A DNA stretch of 64,000 bases from an uncultured Verrucomicrobiae bacterium. Its GTDB lineage: Bacteria > Chlamydiota > Chlamydiia > Chlamydiales > Rhabdochlamydiaceae. Made by a program: the position numbers and the translations under genes. Below the pieces are notes generated by a model, which was not told the origin of the DNA, ran no database searches, and was given only the letters and a program-made list of their open reading frames with translations. Each line of letters starts with the position of its first letter. Within the stretch, counting starts at the first letter, position 1. The DNA lies in contig CAWEXY010000009.1 in assembly GCA_963813135.1 (NCBI GenBank), positions 32,001 through 96,000 on the forward strand, read 5' to 3'. This document shows, piece by piece, positions 31,509 through 40,172 of the stretch.

Positions 31509-32375
31509 ATGGAGAAAGGATTAACGAAGAAATCTCCCTCGTTTGAAGAACTCAAAAAAATCAATCAGCATGGAGTGGAATACTGGAGTGCGCGCGATCT
31601 TCAGCCGCTCCTGGGATATAGCAAATGGCAACGCTTTGAAAATACCTTGAAGAGAGCTATAGAATCATGCAAAAAATCAGGAAATGATCCGAAAAACCAT
31701 TTTACCGGCGCCGGTAAAATGGTCGAGATTGGCAGCAGGACGGAACGACCAGTCGAGGATTTCCACCTCTCCCGTTTTGCTTGCTATCTCATTGCACAGA
31801 ACGGCGATCCTAGAAAACCTGAAATCGCTCATGCACAGAAATATTTTGCCATCCAAACGAGAAGACAAGAACTGTCGGATGAAATGGCAGCAGATCTAGA
31901 ACGCTTAGAATCTCGCAAGCAGGCCTCTGAAGAATTTAGAGCCCTATCAGGGGCAGCACGCGATGCCGGCGTTCAGAATAAAATGTTCGGCGTCTTCCAT
32001 GATGCGGGCTATCAGGGTCTCTATGGCGGGCTTGGGGCCGATGCGATTAAGGCGCGCAAGGGAATTCCGCCCAAAGAACAGCTGATGGACCGCATGGGAA
32101 CGACAGAGCTTATCGCCAACCAATTCCGCATGTCCCAGACACGGGAAAAGCTTAAGCGTGAAAATATCCGCAATCAACGAGACGCGATGGAAACGCATGA
32201 ACAAGTGGGAAAAGAAGTGCGGGCTACCATTGCTAAAATCGGAGGGACCATGCCAGAAAATATCCCACCAGCCGAGCCCATCGCGAATGTAAAAAATCGG
32301 CTAAAAACGACCAAAGCAAAGCTAGTTCTTGATGGGAAAGAAGCGCATGGTCTTACGCGCCCCGAAATCAAATAA
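31509..32375 (+). CDS. dinD: DNA damage-inducible protein D family (Bro-N-like)
   Basis: EYWSARDLQPLLGYSKW, LSRFACYLIAQNGDPRK, YFAIQTRRQE, GYQGLYGGL. Confidence 0.92.
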   Translation: MEKGLTKKSPSFEELKKINQHGVEYWSARDLQPLLGYSKWQRFENTLKRAIESCKKSGNDPKNHFTGAGKMVEIGSRTERPVEDFHLSRFACYLIAQNGDPRKPEIAHAQKYFAIQTRRQELSDEMAADLERLESRKQASEEFRALSGAARDAGVQNKMFGVFHDAGYQGLYGGLGADAIKARKGIPPKEQLMDRMGTTELIANQFRMSQTREKLKRENIRNQRDAMETHEQVGKEVRATIAKIGGTMPENIPPAEPIANVKNRLKTTKAKLVLDGKEAHGLTRPEIK

Positions 32376-32484
32376 GGCGTAACGCCTATTCCGCCTTATT
32401 CCGCCTTATTTTTTTTCGACCCGATTTTTTGACAGCGAAACCATTTTACCGGCGCCGGCAAAATGATCGACTTTGTTAGTTACT

Positions 32485-32625
32485 GAGAAATTGCCCCAAC
32501 TTGGGGGAAAGCTCTGTATGCTGCAAAGCATCATATCTCTCTGAGATGTCCCCTTCTTCGAGAAAAAAGACGATCGGTGTCTCGAGATCCAGGCCGATGT
32601 CGGCTCATTAAAGCTGAACGTGAGA
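32485..32625 (-). pseudogene. Degenerate duplicate of the 3' end of the amino-acid ABC ATPase gene
   Basis: Matches 34068-34151 and ~34248-34292 with an internal deletion. Confidence 0.7.
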
Positions 32626-32743
32626 GATCTATCTCATAGAGCTATTCCGACCGCCAAAGATGCCCTGGCATTTTTCTATCTTCAAATTTCCATATCTATT
32701 AAAATTTTATCATCATGCAAATCAATACAAAAGGAAAACCAAA

Positions 32744-34050
32744 ATGTCAGTATTGACAGTATCCGCATTAACCCAAAAAGCCATTGCCATCAAAGACATC
32801 CTAGATTCAGACAAATACGATGAAGGAAGTTCGATCGAAAAACTTGAAGAGCTCTATGAGGATGGAAGGCAATTAGTCATCAAAGAAATTCGACATCAAC
32901 AATCAAAAGGCGATATTTATTCGCCCGTAATGATAACCCTTGAAGAAGTTGCTGCCTTGCCTCGAATTCAGCAAAGAGTGAATGTCCATAGAGCTTTGAG
33001 TAAAACCTATCGCATATTTATCGAACTGACATGGTATCGATGCTGGAAGCAGGCAAATAGGCAAGTTTGGAAAGAAACAAAAGACAGCATCCTTAAAACT
33101 GCAGGCCAATCAATAAAAGCTCTTCCGAAAATTGAAGCTTTGGATGTCAAATTTGAATATAGCGTAGCCAAAGAGGCCGCAAAATGTTTAACGCCTGCTG
33201 ATGGTATGTGGAAAAATACATCGATTCATTCTTCGCCCTGGCTTCTGCTACTAAGGAACTAAATATTAACGATGGCTGGGAGGCTCTTAAAACTCTCATA
33301 AAAAATGTTAAAATAGATCATCTGAAAGATTGGTATGTAGATATTTATGAATTGCGCTGGCGTTCAACTCAAGTCACTACACAAGATTTGTTTGATAAAA
33401 TTATCGCCCCTCAAATTGATAAATGCCGCGAGCAGGGAGGAAAGTACGCTCATGCCTCGTCATGATTTTTATGGGAAATTATGAAAAATCCTGCAGCGGG
33501 GAGACATGAATAAAAAGACCGGGGTTGGAAGGTTCCGATCAAACCCCAGAGATCAAAGGATAATCCTGCGGGAAGCGTGAAGATTCGACAAAAGGAATTT
33601 TTCACGCACCCCATCCAACTCTGGAATGCCCTCGCCAAAAAGGCAGACCGTTTTTGGAAAAGCTCGAATACATAGTCCAGATGCTTTAAAGAGCTCGCTC
33701 AAGACGCAAAGTATAAAAAAGTAATTTCGTCGGCATTAAAGAAAAAGGATTGAGCAATTAGACAAGATCAGTGGATACCGGTTTGCTGGAGTAGCGCCGC
33801 AGAAAATGAGCGCTTATAAGTCTTTATGAATCCCAAGAGGCCTGCGTTACTTAAGAGCTGATTTTGCATCAGCATGGCTAATGAATTGCTCCAAAAACGC
33901 AAACTGAAATAAGTTTCCTCGACGAGGTTAAACAAATTCAAACAAAAATTAAAGACATTGATAAACTAGAAGAAATACACAAGCAATTGGATGCGGAGGA
34001 AAAAAGTTAACATTCAACAATTGCTTGAATTGATGGGCGAAAAGGATTAA
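32744..34050 (+). pseudogene. Decayed AT-rich hypothetical gene (multiple stops and frameshifts)
   Basis: ORF fragments 32660-33262 and 33208-33465 plus further protein-like but interrupted frames. Confidence 0.5.
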
Positions 34051-34061
34051 CCATCTATAGA

Positions 34062-34902
34062 CTATAAGAGAAATTGCCCTAACTTGGGAAAGCTCTGTGT
34101 GCTGCAGAGCATCATATCTCTGGAGATGTCCCCTTCTTCGAGAAAAAAGACATTATCTAGGATTTTGGCGGCAAAGGCCAGATGTCCTGGCTGGATATGA
34201 TCACTCCCCTGCCCTGCATCTTGAGATCTCGAATAATTTGGATAAAACGATCTGTGTTCTCGGGATCGAGCGCCGACGTCGGTTCATCAAAAATCAGAAA
34301 GTCAGGGTTGAGAATGAGAGCCCGGGCAATCGCCGCGCGTTGCTGCTGTCCTCCCGACAGTTCATGCGGGCGGGAATCTGCTAGCTGAGAGATATCGAGC
34401 GCACGGAGAACTTTTTCCACTTCCCCGGCGATGGCCGCCTTAGGGTTGGCGAGCCGCAGCGGCTGGGCGATATTCTCAAAAACGGTCATGTGCGGAAAGA
34501 GGGCAAAGGATTGAGGAACAAAGCCCGCCTGATTGGGGGTGATAATTCCCCCTCGTAGTCTCTTTCCAGCTGAGCTACGCAGCGGAGGATCGAGGTCTTT
34601 CCGGATCCGCTTTTGCCCAGTAGCAGTGATATCTTAACCCTTCGGGAAATCCAGCGATACTCCTTTCAAAATGGGCTTTCTTTTTTTGATGAGGACTAGG
34701 TTTTTAACGTAAGAGCCAGCAGCAGGAATTCCAGGAGCTGGAAAAACCGATGATTTTGAAGAGGAAGCTGGCCGAGACGAGGAGGCATACCCGGGTAGGG
34801 TAGACGACGAGAAGAGGTTGCTAAGCGGCGCATTCGCCGCGCCCTGCTTCAAAAGGGCGGTTTTAACAACTCGTGGAACTCCTGCTGCTGGCTCAAAAAC
34901 AT
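34062..34902 (-). pseudogene. Polar amino-acid ABC ATPase (GlnQ-like), disrupted by a MITE and several frameshifts
   Basis: [40 protein letters not shown] in different frames; ATG at 34902 separated from YVKNL by the insert. Confidence 0.8.
34713..34894. mobile_element. 182-bp palindromic MITE-like element
   Basis: TIRs gagccagcagcaggaattccaggagctg vs gagccagcagcaggagttccacgagttg (25/28); inserted just after the ATPase start codon. Confidence 0.8.
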
Positions 34903-35557
34903 GTTCGTACTCCTTCGGGATACGAGGTTGAGGATAGCTGACATACAGAGGTAAAAGAACGCGACCGTCAGATAGATAGGAACCGGTTCCATCTCACGCG
35001 AGACGATGTTCATTCCCATGCGCGTAAGCTCGAGCATCCCAATAGAAGAGACGATCGGTGCTTTTCAAAAGAGAGTCGAGTTCATTGGTGAACGCTGGCA
35101 GGACATTCCGAAACATCTGCGGCAAAATGATGTAGCGCAGACTCTGCAGGGTGGTATAGCGGAGTGTAAACGCAGCCTCCCATTGGGCGGCAGGGATCGA
35201 ATTGATCCCGGCGCGGACGATCTGTGCCACATAGCCCGAAGAACACATGCCTAGCGCCCAGACGGAAGCGGGAAAAGGATCTAAGGTAAATCCCAATAGA
35301 TCAGGAAGCACAAAATAGACGATGAGAAGCCAGATATAAAATGGAACGGCCCTGAAAACAAAAGTAATCCCCTCGATGAGAGGCGATATCCAGGGCATTT
35401 TCAGACGGTTGCAGGTGAGGACGCCAAAGACAAGCCCGACGCCAAAGCTGAGCGCGGCCGAACCAGCCAACACCTGCAAGGTCATTCCGAGTCCCTTGAC
35501 CAGCAAGGGAACGGACCTGGATATTAGTTCAAAAGAATTATTCACTCTAGTTTCCAC
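34900..35557 (-). CDS. Polar amino-acid ABC permease; frameshift near 35057, 3' end approximate
   Basis: SGYVAQIVRAGINSIPAAQWEAA EAA motif, IILPQMFRNVLP, LLKST. Confidence 0.85.
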
Positions 35558-36303
35558 TTCTTTTCGAGCTCAGCGATTTTGCCGTCCATCCGGAGCTCAT
35601 CGATGGCTTTTCGGACCTGGGCTGCAAGCTCCTGGTTTTTCTTATCGACGCAGATGCCATTGCCCAACGATTGGTCTTGAGCGGCCAGCGGCAGTTTCAA
35701 AACTTTGATTTCGGGATATTGTGCCTGAAATCTTGAAACTAAGGAAGGATCAATAAGCGCAGCAAACGATTTGCCATATTTAATTTCTAAAATGGCATCC
35801 ATGATTTTGTCGGTATACTTCATGTTGACATTAGGTTCTTTTTTCAAAACGCCTTCTTGGAAAGAACCCGCCTCGACGCAAATAGCCCTTTTAGGATCTT
35901 TAGCCAAATCTTGGAATGTGGAGACGCCTTTAGGAATTTCTTTCCAAAAAAGCACGGGCATTTCAACTACTTTTTCACCCTGGTAGTAGACCATCTCCAT
36001 CTTCTGCTGCCGTTCATCGGTAATAGAAATGGCCCAAATGAGAACATCGGCCTTCCCCTGCTTGAGGGCGAGCATTAGGCTCGGCATACTGCCGAAGTCC
36101 TTGATAACCAGCTTCTTATTGAGCTTTTGGGCCAGCTCTTTGGCTAGATCGATATCAAAACCTTCGTAATTTCCTTGCGCGTCTAAGCTCACGAAAGGGG
36201 CGTACCCGCTCGTCGTTCCTACGACAAGTTCTTGGGTGTCGGCCATGGCCTGACAAAAGGCCGCCACGAGCGCCATAAATAATGCATATAAAACTTTTTT
36301 CAT
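35542..36303 (-). CDS. Polar amino-acid ABC substrate-binding protein (HisJ/ArtJ/GlnH family)
   Basis: Signal peptide, GTTSGYAPF, GFDIDLAKELA, ISITDERQ. Confidence 0.92.
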   Translation of the reverse strand: MKKVLYALFMALVAAFCQAMADTQELVVGTTSGYAPFVSLDAQGNYEGFDIDLAKELAQKLNKKLVIKDFGSMPSLMLALKQGKADVLIWAISITDERQQKMEMVYYQGEKVVEMPVLFWKEIPKGVSTFQDLAKDPKRAICVEAGSFQEGVLKKEPNVNMKYTDKIMDAILEIKYGKSFAALIDPSLVSRFQAQYPEIKVLKLPLAAQDQSLGNGICVDKKNQELAAQVRKAIDELRMDGKIAELEKKWKLE

Positions 36304-36374
36304 ACAAAACTCCTAAAATGTTTAAATTTAAATGAATGCGGCTTAACGGCTGATAAAGACGTTAACTAATTTTT

Positions 36375-36437
36375 TTAGATATGATGATGATGCGAGAGAA
36401 TAGAGAGAACAACGGAAGATAAAATTGTTTTGTTCAT
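36375..36437 (-). CDS. Putative His-rich leader peptide MNKTILSSVVLSILSHHHHI
   Basis: 20-codon ORF with four consecutive CAT codons; GAGGAG RBS 5 nt upstream; ends 71 nt before the binding-protein ATG. Confidence 0.7.
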   Translation of the reverse strand: MNKTILSSVVLSILSHHHHI

Positions 36438-36462
36438 ATAAGCTCCTCGCTAGAGTAGACCC

Positions 36463-36492
36463 ATAATACCATTTAGTTCGATTTTAATGCAA
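36463..36492 (-). promoter_or_regulatory. Putative sigma66/sigma70 promoter TTGCAT-N18-TATTAT (TG-extended) for the leader and ABC operon
   Basis: Motif match directly upstream of the leader RBS. Confidence 0.5.
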
Positions 36493-38386
36493 CAGGCGCT
36501 TCCGATCCTATAACCCAAACGCGGCAATGAGCTTCGCGCAAGATTTCCTCCGAGATAAGGCCGAGCCCCTTTTGCGTGCCGGGATGCTCGACCTTCAAAT
36601 CTCCAAGGACGACAAGATCATAGCCGCCCCGTTGCAGGATATCGAGGATGGCATCGGCTGTGCTGCGGGCGCGCACCACTTCAATTTCAACGTCGATGCC
36701 TTTGTCGCGCGCGATGGCCTCGACCATTTTCAGAAGGGCCATGGCGGGACCAAGGCGATCGGGAAGGGCGGTTTCCAGAGGAAGCGAAAATGGAACTTCA
36801 AGGACGTAGACGGCCATGAGCTGCGCCCCATGGACTTTGGCGAGTTCGACAGTCATCTGGATCGCTTCCATGGGAAGCCCTGTCCGAACAGGGAGGAGGA
36901 TGTTTTTGATTTTGACAGGCTGATAGTCGGGGACTTTTATTTTCTCGATGGTGAGCTGGGCCGCGAGCGGGATACGGGCTTTGCGGCGGTAGTAAAAGTA
37001 CATGATCAGACCGAACGTTAACCAAGCAAATCCAAGATACCGGCCTTCAGGCTTCGTGATAACGACAAGAAGCCAGACGCCCAGCGTCGCTAGCGCGCCG
37101 ATGATGGCCGGGAGAGGAAGCTGAAAGCGGCCGAAGGGAATGTTCAAAGGCGCCTTGAACGGACGGCGAAGGTGGGGCTTTTTAATGCGCAGGACGATGA
37201 GGGAGAGATGCGTCGAAAAGAATGCGATCTGCGCGCCGAAGTTATAGAGGTCGGCGAGAAATTGCATGCTCGCATGGCTCATCGCAATGACGATGGCCGC
37301 GATAACGGCAAAGAAAGCTAGCGAGGCATAAGGCGTGCGATACCGGGGATGGATGGCATAAAAAAATCGGGGCAGCTGATAGTACTCACCCATGTTGTAG
37401 GACAGACGCGAAGCGCCAATGAGGCCGGCGTTCGCGGCGACGAAGAGAACGATAACGGCTAAAATACCCACCCAAGGAACGAGGACATCAGCGCCAAAAG
37501 GAAGATGAGCTACGATGCCCGTGATGGGGTTTTGGACATAATCTGTTCCGAGTTCTTGGGGAGTCAGCACGCCGAGGGCGACGGTAGAAAGGCCGAAATA
37601 GACCGCTACTAGGATGAACATGGTGATGACGATGGCCTTGGGAACGGTGCGCGCCGGATGCTTTGTCTCAGCGCCGAGCTGAGCGATCGACTCGATGCCG
37701 GTATAGGCGACCATGGCCATGGCCGTACCGCGGAAAAAGTCGTGCCAGCTGGGGGTTCCTAGCCCTTTGCCAATGGAAAGATTACTAAAAACGTGCCAAA
37801 TATTTTCCGTGAAGTAAAAGCCGATCAAGACAATCACAACCTGTGTGAGCAACGTGAAAAGCATGAGGAAAAAACTGGCCCGGGTCGATTGCTTGACCCC
37901 AAAAAAGTTGATGACGAAGAGAACGGCGATCACTCCCATGCCAAAAAAGATCAGCCACATCGGCTCGCGAAGAACGGGGAAAAAGCCCGAAAGATAAGGC
38001 CCCACAGTAAAAGCAGAGATGGCGATCGTGACGATGTAATCGAGCAGGAGCGCCCACCCCGCGACAAAAGAGATCAGATCGTTAAAAGCATGGCGCGCGT
38101 AGCTCGCGGAGCCGCCTGACTCATGAAAGGTTGAGGACATTTCAGCGTAGGAAAGAGCCGTGCAGACGAAGACGATGCCGGCCAGCAAAAGGGCCAGGGG
38201 CGTCGCGCTCAAGGCAAAGAGAGCGGTGATGCCCAGCGCATAAAAAATGGATGAACCTAAATCCCCATACCCGATTGCAAAAAGATCGGTCACTCCGAGG
38301 ACGCGTTTGAGCGAGCCTTTATCAATCTGGGCGATCGTCTCTTTATCCATGGCCGCCTTTGACATCGGCCGCGCATCGGAAGCCAT
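36473..38386 (-). CDS. APC-family permease fused to a C-terminal universal stress protein (USP) domain
   Basis: GSSIFYALG, YAEMSS, AYTGIESIAQLG; C-terminal NILLPV...VYVLEVP...DLVVLG. Confidence 0.88.
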   Translation of the reverse strand: MASDARPMSKAAMDKETIAQIDKGSLKRVLGVTDLFAIGYGDLGSSIFYALGITALFALSATPLALLLAGIVFVCTALSYAEMSSTFHESGGSASYARHAFNDLISFVAGWALLLDYIVTIAISAFTVGPYLSGFFPVLREPMWLIFFGMGVIAVLFVINFFGVKQSTRASFFLMLFTLLTQVVIVLIGFYFTENIWHVFSNLSIGKGLGTPSWHDFFRGTAMAMVAYTGIESIAQLGAETKHPARTVPKAIVITMFILVAVYFGLSTVALGVLTPQELGTDYVQNPITGIVAHLPFGADVLVPWVGILAVIVLFVAANAGLIGASRLSYNMGEYYQLPRFFYAIHPRYRTPYASLAFFAVIAAIVIAMSHASMQFLADLYNFGAQIAFFSTHLSLIVLRIKKPHLRRPFKAPLNIPFGRFQLPLPAIIGALATLGVWLLVVITKPEGRYLGFAWLTFGLIMYFYYRRKARIPLAAQLTIEKIKVPDYQPVKIKNILLPVRTGLPMEAIQMTVELAKVHGAQLMAVYVLEVPFSLPLETALPDRLGPAMALLKMVEAIARDKGIDVEIEVVRARSTADAILDILQRGGYDLVVLGDLKVEHPGTQKGLGLISEEILREAHCRVWVIGSEAPVALKSN

Positions 38387-40070
38387 AGGTTCCGTTCATG
38401 GTGCCGGGGTTATTGCGATGGCGGTGGGCGCACCGCAGATCTTCTTTGAGGCTTTTCCAACATCCGCCGCGGAGAACGCGGTAGACCCCCTGCTGGGGTC
38501 CTTTGGGATTAAGGGGCTCTTGGACAGAGACGTTATAGTAGTGATACTCGTACCAATCGGAGCACCACTCATAGACGTTGCCCGCCATGTCATACAGCCC
38601 GAAATTATTGGGCGCATAGCTCATGACCGGCGTCGTGTCGGAGCTGAAAAAATTGGCTTGTGTCCGCTCGATATTTTTTCCTGTGGGGTAGACATTCTCT
38701 TCGAGGTTAGCGCAGGCAGAGACTTCCCATTCAGCTTCGGTGGGGAGCCGCTTGCCGACCCATTTCGCATAGGCCTCGGCCCCATACCACGTGACGCCCA
38801 CGACGGGATGCTTCGCGTAGCCCGATTCGATTTGGAGCTTGCCGCCAAAGCGTTTGATGCGCGACTCTCTTAAGCGAATGATATCGCTATTGTTATGATC
38901 TTTCTCTCCCCCTAGCGCTTCTAAGAAGCGGACAAATTGCTCGTTTGTCACGGGATGTACATCGATTGCAAACGAGGGTAAAACCACGGTGTGGCGCGGG
39001 ACTTCATCGCGGCCGCCATAGTTGCTGCCGCGTTGAAAATTTCCGCCTTTGACGATGATCATTTCACTCGAGAGAGGCTCGACCGCAGAAACTTCCTTGG
39101 TCTCAGGCTGGTATCTGGCCACGACTGCTTCCGTTTGGAAAATCGCGCCGGGGTCGGCATCAAATTCAGGGCGTTTCAGTTCTTGAGGCTTAAAGACAGG
39201 TTTGAGCTCCTCTGTAGGAGAAGCTTTAGTTTCAGAAGCGGGTGCAGAGACAGTAGCGCCTAGCGTTTCCACAAGAGAAGAGGGGCGTTTAGCTGGATCT
39301 GTCTGCAAGCAGGCGCGCACGAGCTTTTCCCAAGCTAATTTGTAAGGGGCCGAAGGCATCTCGAAGAGCCCCTCAGGGAATTTTCCGGTGAGGAGATAAT
39401 AAGCGAGCACGCCAAATGCATAAACGTCGGCTTTAGGTCCAACTTTTTCGGGAGAGGTTTTCTGCTCTGGAGCTAAAAAGAGGTAGCTTTGAAGAAAGGA
39501 AAGATGGAGCGCCGGCATTTTCTCCTTGTCCACGCCGATAGTCTGCGGGAGCGTTTGATAGGTACGGTGCAGAAATTCCGCCTGTCCCACAATTCGGGCG
39601 AGCCCAAAATCAGAGAGGAATACTTTTTGCCCCTGCATCAAAATATTGCTGGGTTTGAGGCCCAAATGGGCCTGGTTTTTCCCATGGGCAAAATCGAGGG
39701 CGGATGCGATCTGTTTGAGTATTTCTAAAATTTCTTCCTCTTGAAGGCGCGAGCCCTTGGCTTGAAAATATTTCCACAACGAAAGGGGCTGGCCGTCATT
39801 TATGATGCAATCGGCGACAAGAAAATAGCGGCCTTGATCTTCCGACACGTTGTGCATCTTGACGATGTTGGGGTGCTCAAGATTGGATAGGGCGGTGATC
39901 TCCCGCTCAAAACGCTCGACAAAGCCGGGAGCCTCAGTAAGTTCGGGAGAGAGGATTTTTAGAGCGTAGGGCCGCTTTAAAAAGCGATGCTGGGCAAGGA
40001 CAACTTCCCCGAGCGCCCCCGTTCCTAAAGACTCTACAACTGCATAATCACCCAAATTCTTCATATTCAT
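38343..40070 (-). CDS. pkn1: Ser/Thr protein kinase + FGE-sulfatase domain (chlamydial Pkn1)
   Basis: ALK, HLGLKPSNIL, DFGLAR, APEQ; RLPTEAEWE, GLYDMAGNVYEWC, GFRCA. Confidence 0.9.
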   Translation of the reverse strand: MNMKNLGDYAVVESLGTGALGEVVLAQHRFLKRPYALKILSPELTEAPGFVERFEREITALSNLEHPNIVKMHNVSEDQGRYFLVADCIINDGQPLSLWKYFQAKGSRLQEEEILEILKQIASALDFAHGKNQAHLGLKPSNILMQGQKVFLSDFGLARIVGQAEFLHRTYQTLPQTIGVDKEKMPALHLSFLQSYLFLAPEQKTSPEKVGPKADVYAFGVLAYYLLTGKFPEGLFEMPSAPYKLAWEKLVRACLQTDPAKRPSSLVETLGATVSAPASETKASPTEELKPVFKPQELKRPEFDADPGAIFQTEAVVARYQPETKEVSAVEPLSSEMIIVKGGNFQRGSNYGGRDEVPRHTVVLPSFAIDVHPVTNEQFVRFLEALGGEKDHNNSDIIRLRESRIKRFGGKLQIESGYAKHPVVGVTWYGAEAYAKWVGKRLPTEAEWEVSACANLEENVYPTGKNIERTQANFFSSDTTPVMSYAPNNFGLYDMAGNVYEWCSDWYEYHYYNVSVQEPLNPKGPQQGVYRVLRGGCWKSLKEDLRCAHRHRNNPGTMNGTYGFRCAADVKGGHG

Positions 40071-40087
40071 TCCTTAAGAAGGAGAAA

Positions 40088-40167
40088 TTTACCACAGAGG
40101 GCACAGAGATCACAGAGGAAGAAAGAGAAAAAATTTAATTCTCTGCTCTGCGCTCTCCGCGGTTAAA
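40088..40167. repeat. Short imperfect hairpin/REP-like element with cacagag x3
   Basis: tttaccacagagggcacagagatcacagag...ctctgctctgcgctctccgcggttaaa. Confidence 0.5.
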
Positions 40168-40172
40168 TCTCT

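Noticed and set aside
32376..32485. Integron attC site after dinD
   Set aside because: GCGTAAC/GTTAGTT do not fit RYYYAAC/GTTRRRY, and no integrase is present
34634..34852. 72-aa ORF as an independent gene
   Set aside because: Chimera of MITE sequence and the ATPase N-terminus
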